64,000 nt of DNA from an uncultured Acidimicrobiaceae bacterium (GCA_963706555.1 OY970164.1:4966816-5030815), one strand, 5' to 3'. Counted from the first letter of the stretch, positions 36,474 through 47,155 are shown. Program-made: numbers and translations. The notes: generated by a model not told the origin, from the letters alone.

Positions 36474-36817
36474 GCCGGAGCGCCGCTGGGCGTCGACAGT
36501 ATCCGTCGGGCATCCGATCTGGTTGTCCCGCCGCGACACCGGGACTCAGCAAGGTCAGAGAGCTCAACGCGGCGAGTGCTCGCGGTGGTTGCCCACAACG
36601 GCACCTACATGGGGGTCCGCCGCCGAGACTGAGCGTCCAGGGATGCCTGCTTCGGATCGAAGTCCGACAGCGGGGCGTGCGATGTCCGTCACTTCAGAGC
36701 CCGTGTCCGTGTAGACGTTGAACGCGATTTCAAGGTCGGCCACGAACCTGGTTGCAGGTGGAGCTAGTCCGATAGCCCACTTCCCATTCGCACAAGTAGG
36801 TGGTGACTCGGGGGAAT

Positions 36818-37048
36818 TCACCCATCCGTTTCCTGGTCCGGATTGACCGAAACGAGCTCGACTCCGAGTTCTTGGATCTGCTCGATGAGCCCAAGAAGGT
36901 GTGCCTGATCCGCCACGGGTCCGCTCAATACCGTCATGCCGGCCTCGTTGTGCAGTTGCATGCCATCAAAGAGGAATGCAAACGAATCGCCCAGCTCCCC
37001 CCGAAGGACGAGTCGATATCTGCGAGTTTGCGCCTCGTTACCTTCCAT
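36818..37048 (-). CDS. small conserved hypothetical protein (YRL.LRGEL...F..M...........L.GP..DQA.L.G....I..LG.EL.S pattern)
   Basis: 76 aa. RRYRLVLRGELGDSFAFLFDGMQLHNEAGMTVLSGPVADQAHLLGLIEQIQELGVELVSV. I recall this pattern from many actinobacterial small ORFs. Confidence 0.6.
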   Translation of the reverse strand: MEGNEAQTRRYRLVLRGELGDSFAFLFDGMQLHNEAGMTVLSGPVADQAHLLGLIEQIQELGVELVSVNPDQETDG

Positions 37049-37246
37049 CCCAACGCAGCCTTACATTCTGGGAGCTAGCCGTCATCACCTTTGGGGTCGA
37101 TTCACCTAGGGGAGTTCGGCGTCCCGGCCATGTGCGAGACCCGGCCCCGCTTGCCCGCGTGACGTCCAATGACATAGCAACGTGGTAGAGGGCGACGTTC
37201 ACCGCCGTCTACATGGTGGCCTCTGGTGCGGAAGCTCATCCGCTTT

Positions 37247-39611
37247 TTAGAGGATGCCCAGTTCGTGACTACGTTCGAGCGCTTCGGCCCGCGAGCGCAC
37301 CGCCAGCTTGCGGTAGATCGACCTGACGTGGCTGTGGACCGTGCTGTGCGACACAAACAGTGCACGACCGATATCGCGCTCGGACAGGTCGCCGCCCAGG
37401 AGCTTGAGTACCCCTATTTCCCGTTGTGTCAGTTCGCTATCCTCGGACTGGACACGCCGGATCTGCGCCGGACGCTCGAGAGTGGACAGCTTCTCGGCGA
37501 GGATCCCCGGATCGGGGCAGTGGGCGAGGACGGATCTCGCGTCGGTTAACGCAGCTGCGGCCTCCGTGTGCCCACCCCCAGCCCGAACACCGACGCCTGG
37601 CCGAGAAGCACGTGGGCCAACTGGAGTGGCTGGCCAAAGATCCGGGCCATGGCGACGCCGTGCTCGACGAGCGGCACCGCCTCTTTGTGTCTGCCGCGTG
37701 CCGTAAGCGATTCAGCAAGCGCGAGCGGAACTGTGCCGCCTGCCTGCTCCGTGCCGTGGTTCCGTCCGAACTCCGATGCAGACTCGGCCAAAATACGCTG
37801 TTCGTCTCTGCGGCCCCTCTCACCGGCGATGAGCGACCGATAGGCCAGCGACGACGTGCCACACAGCCACTGTGCACCCGCGGGCGCCAGTACCGCTGAT
37901 TCCGCGAACCACTCGTCGGCCGCGTCAGTCTCACCGACGAAATACAGACCCAAGCCGACTGCCCAACAAGCTAAGGGGCGCCAGGGCGACCCAGGACCCT
38001 CAAACTCGACAGCCCGGCGTGCATTTTCGAGCTGCGAGCCGACATCTCCCCAGGGGAAGCCCGCTCGTAGCAGCGTCAAGCTCGCCCGAGCGGAGCTGAA
38101 GCCATCCCGCAGCGGACCGCGACCAGGTCGCCCTGCCCTTCGATCGCAGCGATGGCCTTCGTCGCCTCCACCTGATTCGCAGACAGCGACAGTATCCACG
38201 CCTGCACCAGCAGCAGATGCACTTCCGCTGTCAGCACCGCTTCAGGCAGCTGACGTAGCCACGCCAGCACGGTGTCGTATCTCCAGGTGTTGGCGTACTT
38301 GATCCAATACGTTTCGATGAGCTCAACGACCTCGGCGTAAGCCTTCGCTGCCAGGCCGTGCTGGATCGCATCATCGATGGTCCCGTGATCACGGTGCCAG
38401 GAGTACGCACGATGGTGTAGCGCTGGGGCTAGGCCAGGCTCGCGCCGCTCGAGCTCCACCCGGAGCAGTTGCGCAAAGACAGGGTGAAAACGATACCAGC
38501 CGGCTTCGTTGTCAAGCGGGACAAGAAAGAGGTTGCTCCGGGACAGTGCATCAAGCATCTCCCCTGAATCCTTTTTGTCCATCACGGCATCGCACAGGGC
38601 GCCGGTCAACCGTTCGAGCATCGATGTGCGCAGCATCAGCTCTTGCGCTGGCGGGTCGTGGGCTTCGAGTACTTCGGTCACTAGAAAGTCCACAACGTGC
38701 CGGTTCGATCCGCCAAATGTCTGCACGAAAGCCTGGCGATCGGCGGCAGCCTGCAGCGAAAGTGCTGCGAGATAGAGCCCCGCCGGCCATCCCTCAGTCT
38801 TTGCTACCAGAGCATCGACATCTCTTATTGCAAGGTCGAGGCCGAGTTGACCATTCAGGAATGCGTCGGCTTCTTCGGAGCTGAACCGCAGATCTGCAGC
38901 TCGTAGCTCGAGAAGGTCGCCATGGGCACGCAGATTTGCCACGGGCAAGGTTGGTTCGGTCCTGCTCGCGAGCACGAGATGGAACCCGGCTGGCGCATGT
39001 TCGATGAACCAACGGACACTGGCGCGGGCCGGTTCGCTGGTGATTCGGTGATAGTCATCCAGGATGAGGATGGTCTCCCCTTGGGCGTCCAGCTCGTTGA
39101 CCAAACGAGGCAGAACCAGATCGATCACCGGTGCCACGGCGAATCGCAACGACTTCGACTCAGCGAAGTCGGGGTTCGCGCGGCGGAGGGCTCCGATCGC
39201 ATTTGACCACAAGACGACGGGGTCGTTGTCACCCTCGTCCAGTGTCAGCCACGCAACCCGTCTGTGAGGAGCCTCCGCCTCGTACCAGGCCGCCAAAAGG
39301 GAGGTCTTGCCGTAGCCCGCCGGGCAAGCGACAAGAATAACCCGGCGGTTCGATCCGCTTCGAAGCCGCTCCAGAAGGTGCTTGCGCTCGATTGACTGTT
39401 CGTGCACTGAGGGTGCCCGGAGCTTGGTGCTCACCAAGATCGGCTCCTTGAGGCCCTCGTGTCCCCTGTCGTTCGCTGCGGGATCATGCTGGTCAGAGGG
39501 GTCGTGGCGGCCCTCGGGCAGCAGCTGACGCAGTGAGCGCGTCGGCCCCAGGTCACCGCCGATGGGCTTCCTCGCAGGGCACATGCGACTTAGCTTGCCA
39601 GTCCCGGTCAC
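37247..39611 (-). pseudogene. large LuxR/MalT-type regulator (NTPase + TPR-like + LuxR HTH) broken by at least two frameshifts
   Basis: N-terminus VILVACPAGYGKTSLLAAWY..AWLTLDEGDNDP (ORF 38076..39611). Middle ORF 37546..38199. C-terminal HTH from my translation in a third frame: LTQREIGVLKLLGGDLSERDIGRALFVSHSTVHSHVRSIYRKLAVRSRAEALERSHELGIL*, with the stop at 37247-37249. Confidence 0.8.
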
Positions 39612-39882
39612 CCGGGTCTACGGCCGAAGGTCCCTGCCGACTATGGACGAAGGTCCCTGCCAAGAGCGGCGGTGGGAGCGGAACGGAATCCTCAAGGCCT
39701 ATTTCTTGATTCCAACCGCGAATCAGACCGCTTTCCCCTAGGTGAATCCGGTTGCAGGTGATGACAGCTCACCTACCTGAGTGTGAATCTGCTGGAAGAA
39801 GGGCCGCCTGCCCTTTGTCGATACGAGCAAAGTTGTGCCAGCGGTCTTCCAATGAGCGCACAAGAAGAATGGAGAAAGCGTC

Positions 39883-40392
39883 ATGGCCAAATCTGATCCC
39901 GTGTTTGTCTACGTCGGCACCTACCCGAGTGAAGCGGCTGCCCGAGCCGACTACGAGGTCGTGAAGGACCTCCACGCGGTAGGAGCTGTGGGAACCTACG
40001 ACGCTTCGGTGGTCACCAAGGACGCCGACGGCAAGGTCCACGTCAACAAGGACGAGACCTCCACCCGACATGGGGCCTGGGGCGGAGCAGCGGCCGGAGC
40101 CCTAGTCGGCATCATCTTCCCGCCGTCCATCGTCGTCGGCGCCGCGGTTGGGGCGACGGTGGGTGGGGTGAGTGGTCACCTGTGGAAAGGCATGTCGCGC
40201 TCTGACGTGAAGGAGTTCGGAGACACCATCGACGCTGGGGAGGCCGCCCTGGTCATCGTTGGACAGAGCACGATCGCCGATGCCATCGAGAAGGCCGACC
40301 TCAAGGCCGAGAAGCATGCAGCGAAAGAACTCGACGTGAGCTCTAAGGACATCGACCAGGCCGTTCAGGAGACAGCGAAAGACCTCGCCTGA
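39883..40392 (+). CDS. DUF1269-like membrane protein
   Basis: 169 aa with RBS ggaga. ..GTYDASVVTKDADGKVHVNKDE..GAWGGAAAGALVGIIFPPSIVVGAAVGATVGGVSGHL.. Confidence 0.6.
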   Translation: MAKSDPVFVYVGTYPSEAAARADYEVVKDLHAVGAVGTYDASVVTKDADGKVHVNKDETSTRHGAWGGAAAGALVGIIFPPSIVVGAAVGATVGGVSGHLWKGMSRSDVKEFGDTIDAGEAALVIVGQSTIADAIEKADLKAEKHAAKELDVSSKDIDQAVQETAKDLA

Positions 40393-40466
40393 CCAATTGA
40401 GCAGTGGGGCCGTGGCACCCACGAACCATCAGTTTGAATCAATCTCAAAGAGAAAGGCAGAAACAG

Positions 40467-40793
40467 ATGAGTGAAGACCGACCACTTCTCGACACAGTTC
40501 TCGAGATGACGGCAGCTTCGGTGAGCCGCACAAGCCTTAGCGACCGTGAGCTCATGATCGCCCGGGTCGCCGCACTGACAGCAATCGACGCTCAACCGGC
40601 GTCGTATCTGTTGAATATGGTGGCGGCCAGTGATGTGGGCCTGACGCTTGAAGACGCCCAAAGTTTGCTGATTGCCGTTGCCCCGATCGTCGGAACAGCG
40701 CGAACCGTCTCCGCCGCCACGGCGATCGCCGCGGCGCTCGGGCTGGCCGTGGACATCGAAGACGCCATCGAAGAAAGCCAGGCATCCGCCTGA
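40467..40793 (+). CDS. CMD-like family protein, paralog of 7978..8304
   Basis: MSEDRPLLDTVLEMTAASV..LMIARVAALTAIDAQPASYLLNMVAASDVGLTLEDAQSLLIAVAPIVGTART. Confidence 0.65.
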   Translation: MSEDRPLLDTVLEMTAASVSRTSLSDRELMIARVAALTAIDAQPASYLLNMVAASDVGLTLEDAQSLLIAVAPIVGTARTVSAATAIAAALGLAVDIEDAIEESQASA

Positions 40794-40860
40794 CTTCGAG
40801 GGTTCCTGGCAACAGAAGGACACAGTACAGCGCCCCTAGTGGGCAAGACCTGGAGGAAAC

Positions 40861-41091
40861 GTGTTATTTGCCTATAGCTACCCGTTGCTGAGCGTGTTCT
40901 GGTCCCTGCTCATGTTCGCTGGTCTTGTGCTGTGGATCTTTATCGTCATTTGGTGTTTCATCGACAACTTCCGTCGTCGGGACCATCATGGCCTCGCCAA
41001 AGCCCTGTGGTTCGTCTTCATCGTCTTTGTCCCCTTGATCGGCGTGATCGCATATCTCATCGCCAGGCCGGCCGTTGTCGATTTACTTTGA
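40861..41091 (+). CDS. PLD-nuclease-N-terminal-domain (PLDc_N) small membrane protein
   Basis: 76 aa with two TMS. WCFIDNFRRRDHHGLAKALWFVFIVFVPLIGVIAYLIARP is the typical motif. GTG start. Confidence 0.7.
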   Translation: MLFAYSYPLLSVFWSLLMFAGLVLWIFIVIWCFIDNFRRRDHHGLAKALWFVFIVFVPLIGVIAYLIARPAVVDLL

Positions 41092-41313
41092 CGTGGTCGT
41101 ACTGGTCGGTCTCGGCATCGCCATGGGTGATCCGCCATGCGAACGGGCCTCTCGCCTAAGCGCAAGTCACTCGATAGGAGCGGGCAGCGAGGTGTGCTTC
41201 TAGCGAATGTGGTTTGTAGCGCCCTATTGATATGTGAATTGGTCCTGGGCATCCGGCGGCTGGACGATCTCCACTCTGCCGGTCGTCGCCTCGAATCGAG
41301 AAAGGGAAATTCG

Positions 41314-42757
41314 ATGGTAATGGCAACCAAGGTCGCACACCCGAGCGTCGCCGAACGTCAGTCCGAGGGCAAGGGGGCTCGCGCACGTTCGCCGTTGGCA
41401 GGTCACAGTGGGTGGGCTCCGGCCAGGGACCGCCCTGACCCGGTGTCGTTGCTCGAGGCGCAGAACCTGACCCGTGAGGCCTGACCTGGTTCCGGTCCGC
41501 CACGGCCGGATGATGGTCTCACCGTTCACTTTCTACCGGGGCGCTGCAAAGATCATGGCAACCGACCTCAAGGACACGCCCACGGCGCAACTCGACGTCC
41601 AACTCTGCGGCGATGCGCACCTCTCGAACTTCGGTGGGTTCGCGTCACCTGAGCGGAGCCTTGTTGTTCGACTTGAACGATTTCGATGAGACGTTGCCCG
41701 GTCCTTTCGAATACGACGTCAAACGCTTGGCCGCGAGCTTCACCATCGCGGCGCGCCACAACGGCTTTGGCGGCGAATCCGACGGTCAGAGGTTCAACCC
41801 TCGCTGCGTGAGGCCTACCGGGAGGCCATGGCGGAGTTTGCGGCCATGGGCAACATGGAGATCTGGTACGCACGTCTGACCGAAGAAGGATCATGGCTCC
41901 GTGAGCGTGGCCACCAAAGGAGCGCGGGCACGAAGCAGGACCGGCGACCTCGCCAAGAAGGAACCAAGACGGGTGGCAAAGGCCGCACAGAAGGCTCACG
42001 CCAGCGACAGCTTGTTGGCGTTATCGAAGCTCGCCGAAGTGGTCGACGGCCGCTACCGGATCGTGAGCCAGCCGCCCGTGGTCATCCCGGCTCGTGACCT
42101 CGAGGCCATGTACGGGTACTCGGGAGCCAGATCGAAGACATGATTCACCACCAATTCCGTGGTTATCGGGCGACCCTCCAGGAGGACCGCCGGCACCTCC
42201 TCCAGCGGTTCGAGATCATCGACATGGCCCGCAAGGTGGTGGGCGTGGGTAGTGTGGGCACCCGGGCGTTCATCGTGCTGCTCCAAGGACGTGACGAGCA
42301 CGACCCCCTGTTCCTTCAGGTCAAGGAGGCGACGGCCTCGGTGTACGAGGATCATTTGCCTAAAAGCCGGTTCAAGCAGCATGGGGAGCGGGTCGTGCAA
42401 GGCCAGCGGATCATGCAGGCGGCCAGCGACATCTACTTGGGATGGACCAAGGGTGAGGAGGCCAACCGCTATCTCTATTGGCGCCAGCTGCGCGACATGA
42501 AGGGCTCGGCAGTTGTCGAGACGATGAACCGGGCCGTGCTCGCGCTCTACGGCCGGATTTGTGGCTGGACGCTGGCTCGGGCGCACGCCCGCTCCGGCGA
42601 CGCCGTGGCTCTTGCCGCCTATCTCGGAAAGAGCGACAAGTTCGACCAGTCGATAACCGACTTCTCGGCTCGGTACGCGGACCAGAACGAGCGCGATTAC
42701 GAGTCCTTCACGGCGGCAATCCACTCCGGTCGGTTGCACGCCGTGCAAGGTGTCTGA
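41314..42757 (+). pseudogene. DUF2252-family gene broken by about five frameshifts
   Basis: Conserved blocks lie in alternating frames: VRHGRMMVSPFTFYRGAAKIMA..CGDAHLSNFGGFASPER / LLFDLNDFDETLPGPFEYDVKRLAAS / LREAYREAMAEFAAMGNMEIWYARL / LSKLAEVVDGRYRIVSQPPVV / GVGSVGTRAFIVLLQG..DPLFLQVKEA. The shifts are near 41480, 41650, 41790, 41890 and 42125. Confidence 0.8.
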
Positions 42758-42871
42758 GATGGGGAGTGGTCGCCCGCGGCTCTGCTGGGACCTGGACCTC
42801 AGTGTGACAAAGGGACAGCCTTCCAGAATTGGCGTATTACGCCGACGTGGAGCGGTGGTCCGTTCTCATCC

Positions 42872-43918
42872 ATGAGCCAACTCACCAAGGTGTTCTCGGT
42901 CAACAAGAAGGGATTCAGTCTGCCGGCCGGCGTGGCAATTGGCGGAGTTCTGCTGTTGATCTGGCTCGCCATCGCCCAGCTCGACCAGCAGAAGTATGTC
43001 GTTAGCATCATCTTCGCCGTGCTGACGACTGCCCTAAGCGACCCGGGCGGTGGATACTGGAAACGGGCGCGGGGCATGGGTGCTTTCGCCCTCGGCGGTG
43101 CCGCGGTGACCGCGCTGGCGTTCTTCGTCGGAACTCACGCCTGGGGATTCGTGGTATTCGCACTTTTCATCGTCACGTTGTTGGCCGGGTTGGCGGTGAA
43201 GTTCGGACTGCATCGATTCAGCGTGGGGCTACTGCTCAACATCTGGTTCGTTGTCGCTGTCGTCCTGCCGGTCAGCTACCGAGCCGACCGGATCAAGACC
43301 ACCGGATGGGACCAGGCACTGGCGTGGCTGATCGGATCGGCCGTGTGGATCGCGTTGATGGGCATCGTGTGGTTGGCAAGCAGACGGAAATGGAGGCCTG
43401 GGCCGGTCATCGACCTCCCCGGTGAGCCCTTTGCCCCGGTCGAGCTCACCCGACCGGTGATACTTTTCGCCCTGATACGGGCGCTCGCCCTCGCCGCATC
43501 TGCCGCCATCGCCTTCGGCTCCCATCATCCCAATGCTGATTGGATGGTGATCGCCACGCTGGTCGCCTTGAAGCCGAGCATTGAGCAGTCCACGCAGGTG
43601 GGCCTCCAACGCACCATCGGTGCAGGTGTGGGCGCGGTCATCGCCATACCGATTTTGCTGGTTGTCGACAACAAGGACGCCTTGGTCGTGATTGTCATCC
43701 TCCTGGCCGCCATCGGGGCTTCTATCCACGGTGTGAACTACGCCTACTACACGGCTGCCATCGCCAGTGCGGCCCTTATCGCGGCGGACCTGCCACATCC
43801 CACCAACTATGCGGCTGAAGGTCGTCGGGTGCTCTTCACGTTCATCGGCGTGGCGATCGCGGTCGTGGTCATGTTCGTGGCCGACCGGCTCAAGCAGCGG
43901 GCCGCCCAGCCCGCGTGA
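42872..43918 (+). CDS. FUSC-like integral membrane protein
   Basis: 348 aa with many TMS. HPNADWMVIATLVALKPSIEQSTQVGLQRTIGAGVGAVIA resembles the FUSC core. Confidence 0.65.
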   Translation: MSQLTKVFSVNKKGFSLPAGVAIGGVLLLIWLAIAQLDQQKYVVSIIFAVLTTALSDPGGGYWKRARGMGAFALGGAAVTALAFFVGTHAWGFVVFALFIVTLLAGLAVKFGLHRFSVGLLLNIWFVVAVVLPVSYRADRIKTTGWDQALAWLIGSAVWIALMGIVWLASRRKWRPGPVIDLPGEPFAPVELTRPVILFALIRALALAASAAIAFGSHHPNADWMVIATLVALKPSIEQSTQVGLQRTIGAGVGAVIAIPILLVVDNKDALVVIVILLAAIGASIHGVNYAYYTAAIASAALIAADLPHPTNYAAEGRRVLFTFIGVAIAVVVMFVADRLKQRAAQPA

Positions 43919-43948
43919 TCCTCGGGCGCACAGAGAAGAAGGACCGCC

Positions 43949-44512
43949 ATGTCTGCCGCCGGTACTCCGAATGAAGCTTCGCTCATTGGTGACCTGACCA
44001 AGCAAGGGCGGAGGCGATTGGTGGTTGTCTCAGCCCTGCGCACGATCACCACCGTGGCCATGCTCCTGGTCCTCTACTTCCTCCTGCCCTTGGGGGGTGG
44101 CACGAGTGTGGAGAAGGTCGTCAAACTGACGGTCGGAGCACTGGCGCTCACCTCGATCGTCATTTGGCAGGTCCGCCAGATCATCCGATCGGGTCATCCG
44201 GTTGGTCGGGCGGTCGAAGCTCTGGCGTTCAGTGTCCCGCTCTATGTGCTGCTTTTCGCAACGACGTATTTTGCGATGGCTCACTCGAATCCGGCGGCGT
44301 TCGGGACAGCTGTCAGCCGTACCGACGCGCTGTACTTCTCTTCCACCGTGTTCACGACCGTTGGCTTCGGCGATATCACGGCCAAGAATGAAGCCGCTCG
44401 GCTACTGGTCACCACACAGATGTGGCTGGACTTGGTGTTCTTGGGTCTGGTGTTGCGCGTTGTTACCCAAGCCATCAAATTCAGCCAGCAGCAGCACCGG
44501 AACCTGACGTGA
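43949..44512 (+). CDS. two-TM-type potassium channel protein
   Basis: Selectivity-filter motif FTTVGFGDI, flanked by hydrophobic helices. Confidence 0.8.
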   Translation: MSAAGTPNEASLIGDLTKQGRRRLVVVSALRTITTVAMLLVLYFLLPLGGGTSVEKVVKLTVGALALTSIVIWQVRQIIRSGHPVGRAVEALAFSVPLYVLLFATTYFAMAHSNPAAFGTAVSRTDALYFSSTVFTTVGFGDITAKNEAARLLVTTQMWLDLVFLGLVLRVVTQAIKFSQQQHRNLT

Positions 44513-44650
44513 GAGTGTCCAAGCGCGGACCGTACCCGGACTGCATGACCAACCTAAAAGTTCTTTGGTTCCTGTTGTTTCGATCCACCACGGACACCAG
44601 TTGCGAACGAGAGCTGTCGGTACGGTCCCACTGATGAAACACACAGGAGA

Positions 44651-46294
44651 ATGGTGAGTAACACGGCGACGAAGAAGGGCTCGTTGGCACTCGTCGCATT
44701 GGCGACAGCGCAATTCCTCATGGTGCTGGACCAGTCCGTGATGAATGTTTCCATCGGTGCGCTGGTCCACGACTTCCACACCACGGTCACTACGATCCAG
44801 GCGGTCATCACCCTCTATTGCTTGGTCATGGCCATGCTGATCATGACCGGAGCCAAGATCGGCGACATCATCGGTCGGCGTAAGGCGTTCGTCGTCGGGC
44901 TAATTATCTATGCCTCTGGATCGGCCCTAACCGCAGCCTCTCAGACCGTGGTCCAGCTCGCCCTCGGTTGGTCTGTGCTCGAAGGGATTGGTGCCGGTCT
45001 GGTCTTCCCGGCGCTGGCGGCCCTGATCGCGGGCAACTTCGAGGGATCCAGCCGCAAGTCCGCTTATGCCGTCATCGGAGGCGTCGCCGGTGCGGGGATC
45101 GCGGTCGGCCCCATCGTGGGTGGGTGGGCCACCACCGTGTTGACATGGCGCGTGGTGTTTGTCGGCGAGGTCTTCATCGCCGCCTTCATCCTGCTCATGA
45201 CGCGCAAGGTGGAGGATGCACCGGCTCCAATTCCGAAACCCAAGCTCGACATTGTCGGCTCGATGCTGTCCGCCTCAGGTCTCGGGGTGTTCGTTTATGG
45301 CGTCCTGGAGTCGAGCACGTGGGGATGGGTCAAACCCAAGAACTCCCCGATCACCGTCTTCGGGTTCTCGCTGACGCTGTTCGTCCTGGCCGCTGGCGGA
45401 TTCCTCATCTGGGGGTTCGTTACCTGGCAGCGTCACCGGGAAGAAACGGGCCACGATCCACTCGTCCATCTGTCCTTGGCCCGCATCCCGCCCGTGCGCT
45501 CGGGGCTCGTCGGGATGTTCAGCCAGAACCTGCTGCTTATGGGGATCTTCTTCGTCGTCCCTCTCTATCTCCAATTGGTCCTCGGGCTGAGCGCGCTCGA
45601 AACCGGGATCAAGATGCTTCCCATCTCGATCACCATGTTTGTGACCGCTGCGGTCGGCGCGCGGCTTTCGAACCGTTTCGCTGTGCGGCCGATCGTCCAG
45701 ACGGGCCTGATCGTGACGCTCGCCGGTGCCCTCGTCCTGCTCTGGACGATCAAGCCCACCCTCTCCAATGCCGGGTTCGCGACCGGGATGGCCATCCTGG
45801 GAATCGGCATGGGCCTGATGATTTCCCAACTGGGCAATGTCGTTCAGTCCTCGGTCGATGAGTCGGGCCGAAGCGAAGCGGGTGGGTTGCAGTACACGGG
45901 ACAGCAGCTCGGTTCATCGCTAGGTGTGGCGCTCATCGGCGCGATCGTGCTCATTGGGCTGACGAGCACGTTCATCTCTAATGTCCAGCACGATCCTCGG
46001 ATCAGCTCGGAAGTTTCCGCTCAAGTCGGGGTTGCCGCTGGATCCAATACCAACTTCGTCGCTTCCACGCAGATCGAGAAGGCTGCACATCAGGCCGGCT
46101 TGGATGATGCGACAACGGCGGCACTGGTCGATGACTACGAGTCGGCGCAGCTTCGGTCACTCAAAGCGGGGCTTTTGGCCGCTGCGCTCCTCGCCCTCAT
46201 CTCGCTCGCCTTTACGAGGGAACTTCCTCACGAACGACCGGCCACACGAACGAAAGCTCATCATGCGGCTGCATCGACGGGAGACGAGCAGTAA
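44651..46294 (+). CDS. MFS transporter, DHA2 (EmrB/QacA-like)
   Basis: 547 aa with RBS aggaga. LALVALATAQFLMVLDQSVMNVSI, GAKIGDIIGRRKAF and about 14 TMS. Confidence 0.85.
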   Translation: MVSNTATKKGSLALVALATAQFLMVLDQSVMNVSIGALVHDFHTTVTTIQAVITLYCLVMAMLIMTGAKIGDIIGRRKAFVVGLIIYASGSALTAASQTVVQLALGWSVLEGIGAGLVFPALAALIAGNFEGSSRKSAYAVIGGVAGAGIAVGPIVGGWATTVLTWRVVFVGEVFIAAFILLMTRKVEDAPAPIPKPKLDIVGSMLSASGLGVFVYGVLESSTWGWVKPKNSPITVFGFSLTLFVLAAGGFLIWGFVTWQRHREETGHDPLVHLSLARIPPVRSGLVGMFSQNLLLMGIFFVVPLYLQLVLGLSALETGIKMLPISITMFVTAAVGARLSNRFAVRPIVQTGLIVTLAGALVLLWTIKPTLSNAGFATGMAILGIGMGLMISQLGNVVQSSVDESGRSEAGGLQYTGQQLGSSLGVALIGAIVLIGLTSTFISNVQHDPRISSEVSAQVGVAAGSNTNFVASTQIEKAAHQAGLDDATTAALVDDYESAQLRSLKAGLLAAALLALISLAFTRELPHERPATRTKAHHAAASTGDEQ

Positions 46295-46475
46295 GAGTCC
46301 GCATGCGCGTCTTTGAGCTCACGTCCGTTGGTTTCTTGCGGATAAGCTCGAAGAAGACGTGCACGTAATGGGCCATCGTCCACACGGATCCCGGTCGAAC
46401 GCGTCCTGAGGCGAACTCTAAGAACTCGTCGACCAGTTCGTGCTCATGCGCCCCAGGGAGCCCGGCCCCAACCAA
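46212..46475 (-). pseudogene. possible tyrosine-recombinase N-terminal (SAM-like) fragment
   Basis: ELVDEFLEFASGRVRPGSVWTMAHYVHVFFELIRKKPTDV resembles integrase N-terminal domains. It is truncated and overlaps the end of the MFS gene. Confidence 0.25.
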
Positions 46476-46588
46476 CCACTTTTCTAAGGAGCATCAAATG
46501 GAAGCATTGCATTTTAAGAAGAGGTCGACCGGCCGGAAGCGGGGTAAAACTTCGCCAATCCGCCGATGCTGGTGGGATCGGCACGACG

Positions 46589-47155
46589 ATGTTCGGCCAT
46601 TTCTCGACCTTCGGCGATTGGTATGAGATCGATTCGGCATACGAAGGGCAGTTTTTGGAATCCGTCGCCCCAGGAGCGTTTAAAGCGACGTTCCAAAACG
46701 ACAAGGCCGGAATGCGAGTCCTCTACGACCACGGCTTCGACCCTCAGCTTGGCAACAAGCCATTGGGGCCGATCAGCGTTCTCCGTGAGGACGCAATAGG
46801 CGCCTATTACGAGGTTCCTCTGCTCGATACCGACTACAACCGCAACTTCGTCCTGCCTGCCCTTCGTGGAAAACTCATCGACGGTCGGACGGTCGGCAGC
46901 CAACTAGGCGCATCGTTCCGGTTCATCGTGACTGGCGAATCGTGGAACAGATCGCCAAGCCGGTCGACGCGAAACGTACAAGGTCTTCCCGAACGCACGA
47001 TCACGGGCGCACAAGTCATGGAGTTCGGCCCAGTGACGTTCCCAGCAAGTCCCGGCGCCTCATCTGGCGTGCGAACGTCAATGAGCAAAGCAGAACTCGA
47101 CGACATCAAGCGGATGCAGCGCAAGGCCAAGGTCTGGATGGCGCTCTACGGCTGA
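46589..47155 (+). CDS. HK97-family phage prohead protease (orphan)
   Basis: FGHFSTFGDWYEIDSAYEGQFLESVAPGAFKATF..MRVLYDHGFDPQLGNKPLGPISVLREDAIGAYYEV. An RBS+ATG at 46498 lies in another frame, so the 5' end may be frameshifted. Confidence 0.7.
   Translation: MFGHFSTFGDWYEIDSAYEGQFLESVAPGAFKATFQNDKAGMRVLYDHGFDPQLGNKPLGPISVLREDAIGAYYEVPLLDTDYNRNFVLPALRGKLIDGRTVGSQLGASFRFIVTGESWNRSPSRSTRNVQGLPERTITGAQVMEFGPVTFPASPGASSGVRTSMSKAELDDIKRMQRKAKVWMALYG

Noticed and set aside
42053-42748. 231-aa minus-strand ORF opposite the DUF2252 pseudogene
   Set aside because: The plus strand carries the conserved family blocks, and the antisense translation is featureless.
44527-44628. 10-bp inverted repeat (ggaccgtacc / ggtacggtcc) enclosing about 80 nt of the leader of MFS gene 44651
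   Set aside because: It could be a regulatory leader structure, but a single 10-bp pairing without covariation evidence or a known riboswitch motif is not enough.
44968-45861. 297-aa ORF in another frame of the MFS gene 44651..46294
   Set aside because: It is a shadow ORF. The Arg-rich translation has no TM segments or motifs.
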